Shown: in pieces, positions 20,484 to 28,983 of the stretch
Numbering within the stretch: position 1 is the stretch's first letter
Layout of the letters: every line of letters starts with the position of its first letter
Source of the DNA: Desulfuromonadales bacterium
Lineage (GTDB): Bacteria; Desulfobacterota; Desulfuromonadia; Desulfuromonadales; UBA2197
DNA length: 64,000 nt
Assembly (NCBI GenBank): GCA_014859605.1
Contig: JACUTW010000001.1
Location: 14,527-78,526, forward strand
Direction of reading: 5' to 3'
Program-made: the position numbers and the translations under genes
Notes under the pieces: generated by a model
Told to the model about the DNA's origin: nothing
The model's input: the letters and a program-made list of their open reading frames with translations, nothing else
Databases searched by the model: none

Positions 20484-21899
20484 TTATTTAAACAAATCGT
20501 CCAGGGCCTCTTTTGGTTCCGCAGCCGGCGGGGCACTCATCTTCTGCAACGCCTCGCGCAATCGGCTTTCGGAATCGAGCATGAACTGAGCCGAGATCAC
20601 CACCTGTTCTCCTTCTCGCAAGCCGTCAAGGATCTCGACGTTACCGTCTTCGTCCTTCACGCCGGTGCGGACGATCCGCGGCTCAAAACGCCCTTCGCCC
20701 AGCGCCACAAAGACGGTCTGCTGTTCGCCGGAATCGAGGATCGCCTCGGTGGGGATAACGAGAGCGGCGGCCTGCGGCGCTCCGGCGATGCGCACATCGA
20801 CGTACATCTCCGGCTTGAGTTCGAGGCCAGGATTGGCGAGCTCGATACGGGCACGGGCGGTGCGGGTCTCGCCCGACAGGGTCGGGTAGACGTAAGCGAT
20901 CTTGCCGCGCAGCACCGTGCCGAGGCTGTAGGGGAGGATAATCTCGGCACTCTGGCCGACCTGCACCGCCGGCAGCTGATATTCGTAAAGTTGGGCATCG
21001 ACCCAGATCTTCGCAAGATCGGTGATCTGCAGCAGTTCCTCGCCGGGCATGACCCGCATGCCGGGGAGAGCATTCTTCATCATCACAATCCCGCCCATCG
21101 GGCTGTAAAGGGTCAGGGTCTTGCGGGGTTCACCGCTTTGCTCCAGCGCGCTGATCTGACTGTCGGAGATATCCCAGTATTTAAGTCGGGTGCGGGCAGC
21201 GTCACGCAAACGCTGCGCCCCTTGGGCAATCTCGGGATAAAGGTTATCAGCGAGGCGTTCACTGTTGCGCAGCGCCAGGAGGTATTCCTGCTGCGCTGAG
21301 ACCAGATCCGGGCTGTAGATCTCCAGCAGCGGTGCCCCTTTTCGCACCGGTTTGCCGGTCTGATCGACATAAAGCTTTTCGATCCAGCCCTCAACCTTGC
21401 TGTTGATCGAACTCTGCCGCGATTCATCGGCAGTGACAACGCCAACGGTCTTGATGCTGCGGGAAATGTCCTGCCGCACCACGGTTGCAATCCGCACTCC
21501 CATATTCTGACTCGTCGCCGGGTCGATGGTCACTCCGCCCCCGCCCCCGCTCTTGTCGTAGACTGGTACCAGGTCCATCCCCATGGCGTCCTTGCCCGGT
21601 GCATCCCGAACATAGGTCGGATCCATCGACGAGACCCAGTGGGTAATCTTCTGCTCCGTCGAGCCGCCGGCATCCTTCTTCACCGGCACCAGGTCCATGG
21701 CACAGATCGGACAGAGACCCGGTTTATCGCGAATGATGAAGGGGTGCATGCTGCAGGTCCATTGATGCGCTTCATCATTTTCGCTGACGGTGGCTGTGTC
21801 GGGCGGGAAGTCGTGACTGTGGCGACCGACCAGGTAGCCGCCGACAGTGAAGCCGAGGATGGCCAATAGCACGATGGGGATGACGATCTTCTGTTTCAT
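20484..21899 (-). CDS. cusB: Efflux RND periplasmic adaptor (CusB family) with an N-terminal heavy-metal-binding domain
   Basis: Start set at MKQKIVIPIV (21899). WTCSMHPFI..CPICAMDLVPV motif, followed by an HlyD-like adaptor body. Confidence 0.9.
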   Translation of the reverse strand: MKQKIVIPIVLLAILGFTVGGYLVGRHSHDFPPDTATVSENDEAHQWTCSMHPFIIRDKPGLCPICAMDLVPVKKDAGGSTEQKITHWVSSMDPTYVRDAPGKDAMGMDLVPVYDKSGGGGGVTIDPATSQNMGVRIATVVRQDISRSIKTVGVVTADESRQSSINSKVEGWIEKLYVDQTGKPVRKGAPLLEIYSPDLVSAQQEYLLALRNSERLADNLYPEIAQGAQRLRDAARTRLKYWDISDSQISALEQSGEPRKTLTLYSPMGGIVMMKNALPGMRVMPGEELLQITDLAKIWVDAQLYEYQLPAVQVGQSAEIILPYSLGTVLRGKIAYVYPTLSGETRTARARIELANPGLELKPEMYVDVRIAGAPQAAALVIPTEAILDSGEQQTVFVALGEGRFEPRIVRTGVKDEDGNVEILDGLREGEQVVISAQFMLDSESRLREALQKMSAPPAAEPKEALDDLFK

Positions 21900-21912
21900 C
21901 TTGTCCTCTTTC

Positions 21913-23190
21913 TCAATCGATCCGGGCGCCGACCAGCGCCTCCAGTTCGGCACGTTGCATCTGGTTTTCAGCGACGAATTCATAGTAACGCTGGCGCACG
22001 CCAAAGAGCTGCATGCGGCTGTCGAGAACGTTCATCAAATCCCCCTTCCCCACTTCGTACGAGGAGAGGAGCGATTCGGACGCAAATTCCGCTTGCGGAA
22101 TCATCCCGCTTTCGTAGAGCTCAGCCATGGCCGCGCTGGCGTTCAGTCGAGCCAGAGTATCACTGATGCCGCGGCGGATTTCATGCCGTAACTGTTCGAT
22201 TTCAGCCGCTGCCATCTTACCCTGCGCCTGCGCCTCGGCCACCATGGCTCGCCGGGCCTGGCGTTGCACCGGGAGATTAAAACTCACGCCGGCACTGTAC
22301 ATATCCTCCCCCATCGACCCAGGATTGCCGCTAAAAGCATCGCGCTGCATGTATTCAAAGGAGAGGGTAAAATCGGGATAATATTCACGCCGGGCGAGGT
22401 TTTCACTGCTTTGCGCCTGCTCCAGACGGGCGCTGCGGGCCAAAAGCTCCGGACGGGAACGGAAGGCGAGTTCTTCGAGCTCGGCAGCGGTTTGCGCCAC
22501 CGGCACAATCGTCGCACTTGCTCGCGGCGGCGGCGCATCCATCGACCGATGCAGCAAAGCAGCGAACATGGCGGCCAGACTCTTCTGGCGCTGTTCCAAA
22601 CCAATGCGCATCTCCTCCATACGACTGCGCTCCAGCTGCGAGCGCAGGACGTCATTCTGCCGCACCATGCCGGTGCTGTAACCAGTCTCAGCCAGGCGAT
22701 TGACACTGTCGAGCAGAGCTATATTCTCCGTCACCAGACGTAACGAATTATTCACCAAGGCCAGCTGCGCCCAGGCATCAAGAACCATCCGCCGCAACTC
22801 CACTTTGCGCTCGGCATGCTCCCATTCGACTGATTTCGCATTCTGTGCTGCTACGGTGCGCAGCAGATCGCGCTTGCCAGCAAAGGGGAGCATCTGACTG
22901 ATACCGATGACCTTGGCGGTCATCGGGTCCTTGTCAAAAGCAAGTGGATCATTGATCATGGCATTTTGAATCTTCAGCATCAGCATCGGATCGTCAAGAG
23001 CACCGGCCTGTTGCGATTTGGCAACGAGCATCTGCCACTTCTCGCGACTCGCGGCGATCTCGGGGTTATTGGTCAAAGCTTCGGCGACCAGGGCTTCAAC
23101 CTCGCTGAGCGGCGCAGTGGCTGCACCCTGCGGGGGATGGGCGGTCAGGAATAAAGTTATCCCGAACAGAACAATTGCGATTCGTTTCAT
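21913..23190 (-). CDS. cusC: Outer membrane efflux protein (TolC/CusC family)
   Basis: Signal peptide and two OEP repeats. The ATG at 23190 is preferred (RBS AGAGGTGGAG) over the GTG at 23196. Confidence 0.85.
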   Translation of the reverse strand: MKRIAIVLFGITLFLTAHPPQGAATAPLSEVEALVAEALTNNPEIAASREKWQMLVAKSQQAGALDDPMLMLKIQNAMINDPLAFDKDPMTAKVIGISQMLPFAGKRDLLRTVAAQNAKSVEWEHAERKVELRRMVLDAWAQLALVNNSLRLVTENIALLDSVNRLAETGYSTGMVRQNDVLRSQLERSRMEEMRIGLEQRQKSLAAMFAALLHRSMDAPPPRASATIVPVAQTAAELEELAFRSRPELLARSARLEQAQSSENLARREYYPDFTLSFEYMQRDAFSGNPGSMGEDMYSAGVSFNLPVQRQARRAMVAEAQAQGKMAAAEIEQLRHEIRRGISDTLARLNASAAMAELYESGMIPQAEFASESLLSSYEVGKGDLMNVLDSRMQLFGVRQRYYEFVAENQMQRAELEALVGARID

Positions 23191-23225
23191 CTCCACCTCT
23201 TTGGTTGTGCGTTGCTCACCTATAT

Positions 23226-23241
23226 AGCAGGAGCCGTACCA
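23226..23241 (-). promoter_or_regulatory. Candidate sigma54 (-24/-12) promoter upstream of cusC
   Basis: The minus strand reads TGGTACGGCTCCTGCT. GG and GC are separated by 10 nt, as in the consensus TGGCACG-N4-TTGC. Lies about 35 nt upstream of the ATG. Confidence 0.4.
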
Positions 23242-23291
23242 ATAAATTTAATCTATTAATATCAGTCTTTTAGTTGATTTTCCAGCGTCGT

Positions 23292-23307
23292 CTTCATCCG
23301 GATGAAG
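23292..23307. promoter_or_regulatory. Perfect 16-bp palindrome CTTCATCCGGATGAAG upstream of the sigma54 candidate
   Basis: Lies about 50-80 bp upstream of the -24 element. Possible enhancer-binding-protein site. Confidence 0.3.
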
Positions 23308-23443
23308 GATAATCAACACTTTAACTGAAGACTATTCTACAGCTCTTAATCAGGCTTTTCTAAATATAACGCAAAAAAAACAATCCGCCGTCGGAAGATT
23401 ACACGAACGCCATGAAAAGCCGCGGCTTACCTCTTCTGAGCTC

Positions 23444-23472
23444 TTGACCGCCGCCGCTGATATCGCTAGACT
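23444..23472 (+). promoter_or_regulatory. Candidate sigma70 promoter (TTGACC-17-TAGACT) for the aminotransferase gene
   Basis: The hexamers and 17-nt spacing are read directly. The TTG start of the ORF track is actually the -35 hexamer. Confidence 0.5.
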
Positions 23473-23509
23473 GCGCCATCTTTTTGGCACAAAAATCAAG
23501 GAGTCAATT

Positions 23510-24700
23510 ATGGCCATTGCAAGTAAAGTCCAACGTTGTATCGAAGGTTCTTCCTGGATTCGCAAGATGTTTGAAGAAGGGGCGCGGCTGCGGGCGATCC
23601 ACGGCGATGACCAGGTCTTTGATTTTACCATCGGCAACCCTTCGGTCGAGCCGCCGGAAGCTTTTCGTCGTGAACTTCTTCAACTCGCCGCACAGCCCCT
23701 GCCGGGGATGCATCGCTATATGAGCAACGCTGGCTTCGAAGAGACCCGGGCCGCCGTTGCTGCCGCCGTGAGCAAGCGCGGCCAGACCCGCGTCAATGCC
23801 GAGCAGGTAGTGATGACCTGCGGTGCCGGTGCCGCCCTCAACGTTATCCTGAAGACGATCCTCAACCCCGGTGACGAGGTGATCATTCTTGCCCCTTATT
23901 TTGTCGAATACAAGTTCTATGTCGACAACCACGGCGGCACCACCAAAGCGGTCTGGACCAACCGTGACACCTTCCAGCTCGATCTCCCTGCCATTGCCGC
24001 GGCGATCAGCGCCCAGACCAAAGCGATTATCATCAATTCACCGAACAACCCGACCGGGGTCATCTATCCGCAGGCCGATCTCTGCGCTCTGGCTGCCCTC
24101 CTCGCCGTTAAGGAGAAGGAATTCAACCAGACCATCTATGTCATCTCCGACGAGCCCTACGCCCGTCTCGCCTATGACGGCCACCAGGTGCCGCCGATCT
24201 TTGACTGCATTCAAAACAGCATCATCGCCACCTCCCACTCCAAAGATCTTGCCCTCCCCGGCGAGCGCATCGGCTACATCGCCGCCAATCCGCAGCTCGA
24301 TGAAGTCACTTCCTTCATCGACGGAGCAATCTTCTGCAATCGCGTTCTCGGCTTTGTCAACGCCCCGGCCCTGATGCAGCGCCTCGTGGCCAAGTTGCAA
24401 GAGGAGAGCGTCGATATCAACGAATATCAACAAAAACGCGATCTCCTTTATAACCACTTGACCGCCCTCGGTTTCACCCTGACCAAACCGGATGGCGCCT
24501 TCTACCTCTTTCCCCGCTCGCCTTTGGCCGACGATATCGCCTTTGTCAACCTTGCGCAGGAGGAGAAGATCCTCCTCGTCCCCGGAACCGGTTTTGGCGC
24601 CCCCGGTTATTTCCGTATCGCTTACTGCATCGATATAAACATCATCCGCCGCAGCTTCCCGGCCTGGGAACGGCTCGCTAAAAAGTGCGGATTGTCGTAA
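23510..24700 (+). CDS. Pyridoxal-phosphate-dependent aminotransferase, class I (aspartate/alanine type)
   Basis: Start at the ATG at 23510 after RBS AAGGAG. Motifs NPSVEPP, INSPNNPTG and SHSKDLALPGERIGY (the Lys is the PLP attachment site). Confidence 0.85.
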   Translation: MAIASKVQRCIEGSSWIRKMFEEGARLRAIHGDDQVFDFTIGNPSVEPPEAFRRELLQLAAQPLPGMHRYMSNAGFEETRAAVAAAVSKRGQTRVNAEQVVMTCGAGAALNVILKTILNPGDEVIILAPYFVEYKFYVDNHGGTTKAVWTNRDTFQLDLPAIAAAISAQTKAIIINSPNNPTGVIYPQADLCALAALLAVKEKEFNQTIYVISDEPYARLAYDGHQVPPIFDCIQNSIIATSHSKDLALPGERIGYIAANPQLDEVTSFIDGAIFCNRVLGFVNAPALMQRLVAKLQEESVDINEYQQKRDLLYNHLTALGFTLTKPDGAFYLFPRSPLADDIAFVNLAQEEKILLVPGTGFGAPGYFRIAYCIDINIIRRSFPAWERLAKKCGLS

Positions 24701-24716
24701 GGGCGATTTTACCATT

Positions 24717-24752
24717 GGAAAAGGCCGGCTCGTAATGAGTCGGCCTTTTTTA
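24717..24752. terminator. Bidirectional intrinsic terminator (aminotransferase / recJ convergent)
   Basis: GGAAAAGGCCGGCTC-GTAAT-GAGTCGGCCTTTTTT. Confidence 0.8.
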
Positions 24753-24795
24753 TTCCCTGGAGGTTTTACGTAGTTGGAAGAAGAAATTCCGCCGG

Positions 24796-26523
24796 TTAGG
24801 CATCCTGAGCAGGACGAATATCTTTAACGCGCAGTTGCAGCGAAACCCGGTCTTTCCACTCGTTACTCTGGAGAGTGACCAGCAGATCGATCTCGCCGGG
24901 GAGGAATTCGGCCCAATGCGGTGGATAAGAGAAGGCGATGCAGGGGAGAGAAGAACCCCCTTGCCGGATGGAAAACTTGAGATGACCGGTGCCGCAGGGA
25001 GTCACTTGCTGGGCCCGGGCGTTGCGCAGCAGAAAGAGAGGCTCGGGATTGCCGGCGCCAAAGGGGCTGAGGCGTTGGAGATCTGCAAGAATCGGCAGGG
25101 AGAGATCTTCGATCAAAACTTCACCATCATACAGGAGGACGGGGAGAAGATCATCGGCGCTCAAGACCGCGGCAGCAGCCTGTTCAAAGGCGACGACAAA
25201 AGAGTCGATGCGCTCGGCGGCAATCGAGAGACCGGCGGCAAAGGCGTGGCCGCCGTAACCAGCAAGATCGGCGGTGCAAGCCTGCAAAGTTTGGTAAAGA
25301 TGGAGGCCGCGAATCGACCGCGCCGACCCCTTGCCGGTTTCACCATCGACAGCAATCAGCACGGTCGGGCGATGGTAGCGCTCGACCAGGCGACTGGCGA
25401 CGATGCCGATAACACCGGGATGCCAGCCTTCGCCGGCAAGGACAAGGGAAAACTCTCCCCCCTTCCCGGCTTCCACCTGGGCAATCGCTTCGGCGAGAAC
25501 TTGCTGTTCCACCCCCTGCCGTTCGCGGTTAAATCCGTCGAGAAGAGCGGCCAGCTCGGTTGCCCGCGCCCCGTCACTGCCAAGCAACAGCTCGACGCCA
25601 AGGTTGGCATCTTCCAGCCGGCCGGCAGCATTAAGGCGGGGAGCCAGGCTGAAAGCAACATTGCCGCAGGTGACCTGACGAATGCCGGCTGCGACTGCAA
25701 GCGCCTTCAAGCCGGGACGTTGCCCTTGATTGATGATTGCGAGGCCGATGCGGGTCAAGATCCGGTTGACGCCCCGCAGCGGCACGACATCGGCAATCGT
25801 CCCCAAAGCGACGAGATCGAGACTGTAACGGAGATCGGGCTCCGGCTTGGCCGCAAAGGCGCCACTGTCTCGCAAGCGACTGCGCAGGGCGACCAAGAGC
25901 ATAAACGCGACGCCGACGCCAGCAAGCTCTTTATCCGGATAAAGAGAATCGGGGAGATGGGGATTGACGATGGCGCAGGCGGCCGGGAGGATGGCGGGGG
26001 GTTGATGGTGATCGGTGATGATCAGATCGAGACCGAGTTGCCGGGCCACCTCGGCCTCGTCAACCGCAGAGATGCCGCAATCGACAGAGACAGCGACCCG
26101 AGCACCGGCCGCAACGGCCTGGCGGAGATGATCGGCGGAAAGGCCGTAGCCATCGCGCAGTCGCAACGGGATAAAGTAATCGACTTCGGCCCCCAAGGCC
26201 CGTAAGCCTTCGACGAGGAGCGCGGTGCCGCTGATGCCATCGACATCGTAATCGCCATGAATCGCGATCTTCTCGCCGCCCTGGATGGCAACAACGAGAC
26301 GGGTGACCGCGGCCTCCATCTCACCGATCAGAAAAGGATCCGGGAGCTGCTGCAAACGGGGCTCAAGAAAATCGCGGGCAGCAGTCAGATCGGCACCACC
26401 ACGCTGGGCAAGGAGATGCGCCGTCAAACGATCGACCTGAAGCCCACTGACCAACTCTTGGACGGAGGCAGGATCGGGCGAACTACTGCGCTCTTGCCAA
26501 CGGCGCGCGGTTACGGTTTGCAT
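24796..26523 (-). CDS. recJ: Single-stranded-DNA-specific exonuclease RecJ
   Basis: DHH motifs (HGDYDVDG, ITDHH) and a DHHA1 region. 575 aa. Confidence 0.95.
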   Translation of the reverse strand: MQTVTARRWQERSSSPDPASVQELVSGLQVDRLTAHLLAQRGGADLTAARDFLEPRLQQLPDPFLIGEMEAAVTRLVVAIQGGEKIAIHGDYDVDGISGTALLVEGLRALGAEVDYFIPLRLRDGYGLSADHLRQAVAAGARVAVSVDCGISAVDEAEVARQLGLDLIITDHHQPPAILPAACAIVNPHLPDSLYPDKELAGVGVAFMLLVALRSRLRDSGAFAAKPEPDLRYSLDLVALGTIADVVPLRGVNRILTRIGLAIINQGQRPGLKALAVAAGIRQVTCGNVAFSLAPRLNAAGRLEDANLGVELLLGSDGARATELAALLDGFNRERQGVEQQVLAEAIAQVEAGKGGEFSLVLAGEGWHPGVIGIVASRLVERYHRPTVLIAVDGETGKGSARSIRGLHLYQTLQACTADLAGYGGHAFAAGLSIAAERIDSFVVAFEQAAAAVLSADDLLPVLLYDGEVLIEDLSLPILADLQRLSPFGAGNPEPLFLLRNARAQQVTPCGTGHLKFSIRQGGSSLPCIAFSYPPHWAEFLPGEIDLLVTLQSNEWKDRVSLQLRVKDIRPAQDA

Positions 26524-27374
26524 AAGGTCTCCGGCGCCGGCGGCGGGGTGGACAGGAAGGGTTCGAAATCGACCAGACCGAGGTAATCTGTTTCCTGGCC
26601 GTCAAAGAAGTGGCTGCGGATCTCCATTGGGTCGACGCTTCCCCAGTAATTTCCCGGCAGCAGGAGATCGTCCGGCACTTCTTCGCCGAGGACCACCTGA
26701 AACTCGCGGCTGGCCAAAATCGCATTTCCGGAAATCCGGTAGTCACGGGGGAAGGAGGTGACAAAGAGCCCTTTGTCATTTTCCATCAACAGGTTGCCTT
26801 CGATCACCGGCGCGCCGAAATGAAAACGGATCGCCGTCCCATTACCGCGAAAAGTGTTGTTGGACACCTTGATCCGGCTGCTGTGAAAACGGACGCCGAC
26901 AAGATTACGGCTAAAGGTCGAACAGACAACCTCAACATCCGCTTCCTGGCTGTGCAGCGCACTGTCGGCCTGGGTAAAACGGCAATGCGAAAAGCGACTC
27001 CCGGCCGACTGCACAAGATTGATCGCCCCCCAGCTCCCGGCCGGCGCCGCAGGATCGAGGGCGCGAAAGGTAATCGGCGCTGCTGCAGTCCCTTCGGCGA
27101 GGAGGCGACCACGCACGATCAGTTCACTGCCGACAAAGTGCGGGTGATCAGTCAGACGGTCTTTTCCCGCGGAGGGGGGGAGAAAAACGATCTCGCTTCC
27201 CGGGGCGATGCGGACGCTGGCATTTTCGGCAATAACGACATCGCCATCAATCTCGATGCGGCCGCTCCATAATTCGTTGCCGGTGATTTCCGTTGAAATG
27301 AGACGCGGGGGAGCCAAAGTGTGACAGGAAGCGAGACAGAAAAAGAGGAGAAGAAATAAGAGAGAACGCCGCAT
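26511..27374 (-). CDS. Right-handed parallel beta-helix repeat lipoprotein
   Basis: Start set at MRRSLLFLLLFFCLASC (lipobox). Repeated PbH1-like units (NNTFRGNGTAIRF, GNLLMENDKGLFV). Overlaps the recJ start by 13 nt. Confidence 0.65.
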   Translation of the reverse strand: MRRSLLFLLLFFCLASCHTLAPPRLISTEITGNELWSGRIEIDGDVVIAENASVRIAPGSEIVFLPPSAGKDRLTDHPHFVGSELIVRGRLLAEGTAAAPITFRALDPAAPAGSWGAINLVQSAGSRFSHCRFTQADSALHSQEADVEVVCSTFSRNLVGVRFHSSRIKVSNNTFRGNGTAIRFHFGAPVIEGNLLMENDKGLFVTSFPRDYRISGNAILASREFQVVLGEEVPDDLLLPGNYWGSVDPMEIRSHFFDGQETDYLGLVDFEPFLSTPPPAPETLCKP

Positions 27375-27430
27375 AACTGTGCCTGCGAAGAGGCGGGCCG
27401 GGAAGGACCCGGCCCGCCTTGAGAGGAGCA

Positions 27431-28030
27431 TTATTTAACTTGCGGCGGCATGCGCATCTGGCCGGCAGGGATCACCGGTTGCGCCTCCATCAGCCGGATC
27501 TCTTCGCGAATCCGGTCAGCAGTCTCGCCGGTCGGGTTGATCTCCAGGTATCTTTTCCAGACTTCTGTCGCTTTGACGTAATCCTGCAGGTCGTGGCGAT
27601 AAACGATTCCGGTATTGAAGAGGCTCTGAATATGACGAGGATCGAGACTATTTGCTTTCGTGAAATTCTCGATCGCTTTGTCAAACCAGCCGAGCTGGCG
27701 ATACATGACTCCCTGATCGGTCAAGACGTTGGGGTCGTTGGGATTGAGCTCCAGCGCCTTGGCGTAAGCCTCGATCGATTTCGCCGGCATCTGCGAATCG
27801 AAGTAGTTATTCCCGAGTTCGACCCAGGCCTTGCGATTTTGCGGATCGTTGGCAACGAGGTTTTCCAGCATCTTGATGGTTTGCTGGGCGTTCACTGGCG
27901 CTCCCCCCCCCGGGGCGGCGATCGACGGAGCCGACGAGCTTTTGTCCTTGCCTTTACTGACCATAACACCGACAAGCAGGCCAACGATGAGAGCGACAAC
28001 GACAAAAAGAACCGTATCTTTATTCTTCAT
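27431..28030 (-). CDS. Membrane-anchored TPR repeat protein
   Basis: One N-terminal TM helix followed by 3-4 TPR units (AWVELGNNYF..AIEAYAKALELNPND...). Confidence 0.7.
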   Translation of the reverse strand: MKNKDTVLFVVVALIVGLLVGVMVSKGKDKSSSAPSIAAPGGGAPVNAQQTIKMLENLVANDPQNRKAWVELGNNYFDSQMPAKSIEAYAKALELNPNDPNVLTDQGVMYRQLGWFDKAIENFTKANSLDPRHIQSLFNTGIVYRHDLQDYVKATEVWKRYLEINPTGETADRIREEIRLMEAQPVIPAGQMRMPPQVK

Positions 28031-28044
28031 GTATGCTCCTTGAA

Positions 28045-28974
28045 TTATGAATTAACCGTCGCAGGGACAGCGGCGGTTTTATCTTTATCCTTGTCAAAAT
28101 AGAGGATGACCGGCGCCGCCACAAAGATCGATGAATGGGTACCGATGATAATGCCGATAATCATTGCCATGGCAAAGTTGCTGAGAACTTCCCCACCGAA
28201 AAGATAGAGGGCAAGGACGCTGAGGAGAGTAATCCCCGAGGTCATGACCGTGCGGGACAGGGTGTCATTGAGGCTGCGATTGATAATCCATTCGAGCTTG
28301 TTACCAACATGCCGGGTCATATTTTCACGGATACGGTCACAAATGATCACTGAATCATTCACCGAATAACCGACAATCGTCAAAAAAGCGGCCACAACCG
28401 TCAAGTCAATCTCTTTATTGAAGACCGAGAAGAATGCCAGGGTAATCAGCACATCATGAAACAGGGCGATGACCACCCCGACCCCGAAACGGAATTCGAA
28501 ACGAAAAGTGATATAAATGAGCATGCCGATAATCGAATAAACGATTGCCATCATCCCTTTATAGCGCAAATCCTTGCCGACCTGCGGCCCGACCATCTCA
28601 GCACGACGAATATCGACCGTTCCGGCACCGTAATGGCCCTCAAGTGCTTGCTGGACGTTATTGGCCAGACTTTCGGTCTTGCTGCTCGATTCCTGGGCTT
28701 TAATCAAGAACTCATCAGAAAGATCCCCGACCTGTTGAATCGTCATCCCTTTCAGTTCTAAGGGTGAAAGGGTCTCTCGCATCTCAGCAGCGGTCGTGAC
28801 CTTATTCATCTTGACCTGCACCAAAGAGCCGCCGGCAAAATCGAGACCGAGATTGAGTCCGCCTTTGGAGACCATGGAGAAGATGCCGATGATGATCAAT
28901 ATCCAGGAAAATGTAATCGCCAGTTTTTTATGACCGACAAAGTTGATATTCGTGTTTGGTTTGATGATTTGCAT
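28045..28974 (-). CDS. secF: Protein translocase subunit SecF
   Basis: IDFVGHKK-type N-terminus, a LGLDFAGG motif and six TM segments. Confidence 0.95.
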   Translation of the reverse strand: MQIIKPNTNINFVGHKKLAITFSWILIIIGIFSMVSKGGLNLGLDFAGGSLVQVKMNKVTTAAEMRETLSPLELKGMTIQQVGDLSDEFLIKAQESSSKTESLANNVQQALEGHYGAGTVDIRRAEMVGPQVGKDLRYKGMMAIVYSIIGMLIYITFRFEFRFGVGVVIALFHDVLITLAFFSVFNKEIDLTVVAAFLTIVGYSVNDSVIICDRIRENMTRHVGNKLEWIINRSLNDTLSRTVMTSGITLLSVLALYLFGGEVLSNFAMAMIIGIIIGTHSSIFVAAPVILYFDKDKDKTAAVPATVNS

Positions 28975-28983
28975 CGTTATCCC

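Noticed and set aside
13072-23443. Copper/silver cluster as a mobile genomic island
   Set aside because: No integrase, transposase, tRNA or long flanking direct repeats are present. The only mobile-like feature is the roughly 100-bp palindromic element at the left border, which also occurs next to core genes.
24835-26205. 456-aa ORF on the plus strand, antisense to recJ
   Set aside because: It is a shadow ORF of a GC-rich gene. It has a low-complexity G/R/D/A-rich composition and no recognisable motifs, while the opposite strand encodes an unmistakable RecJ. The same reasoning applies to 28930-30450 (antisense to secD), 48188-49474 (antisense to glyA), 11917-13002 (antisense to the CoA-transferase), 2018-2971 (antisense to icd) and 18831-19634 (antisense to cusA).
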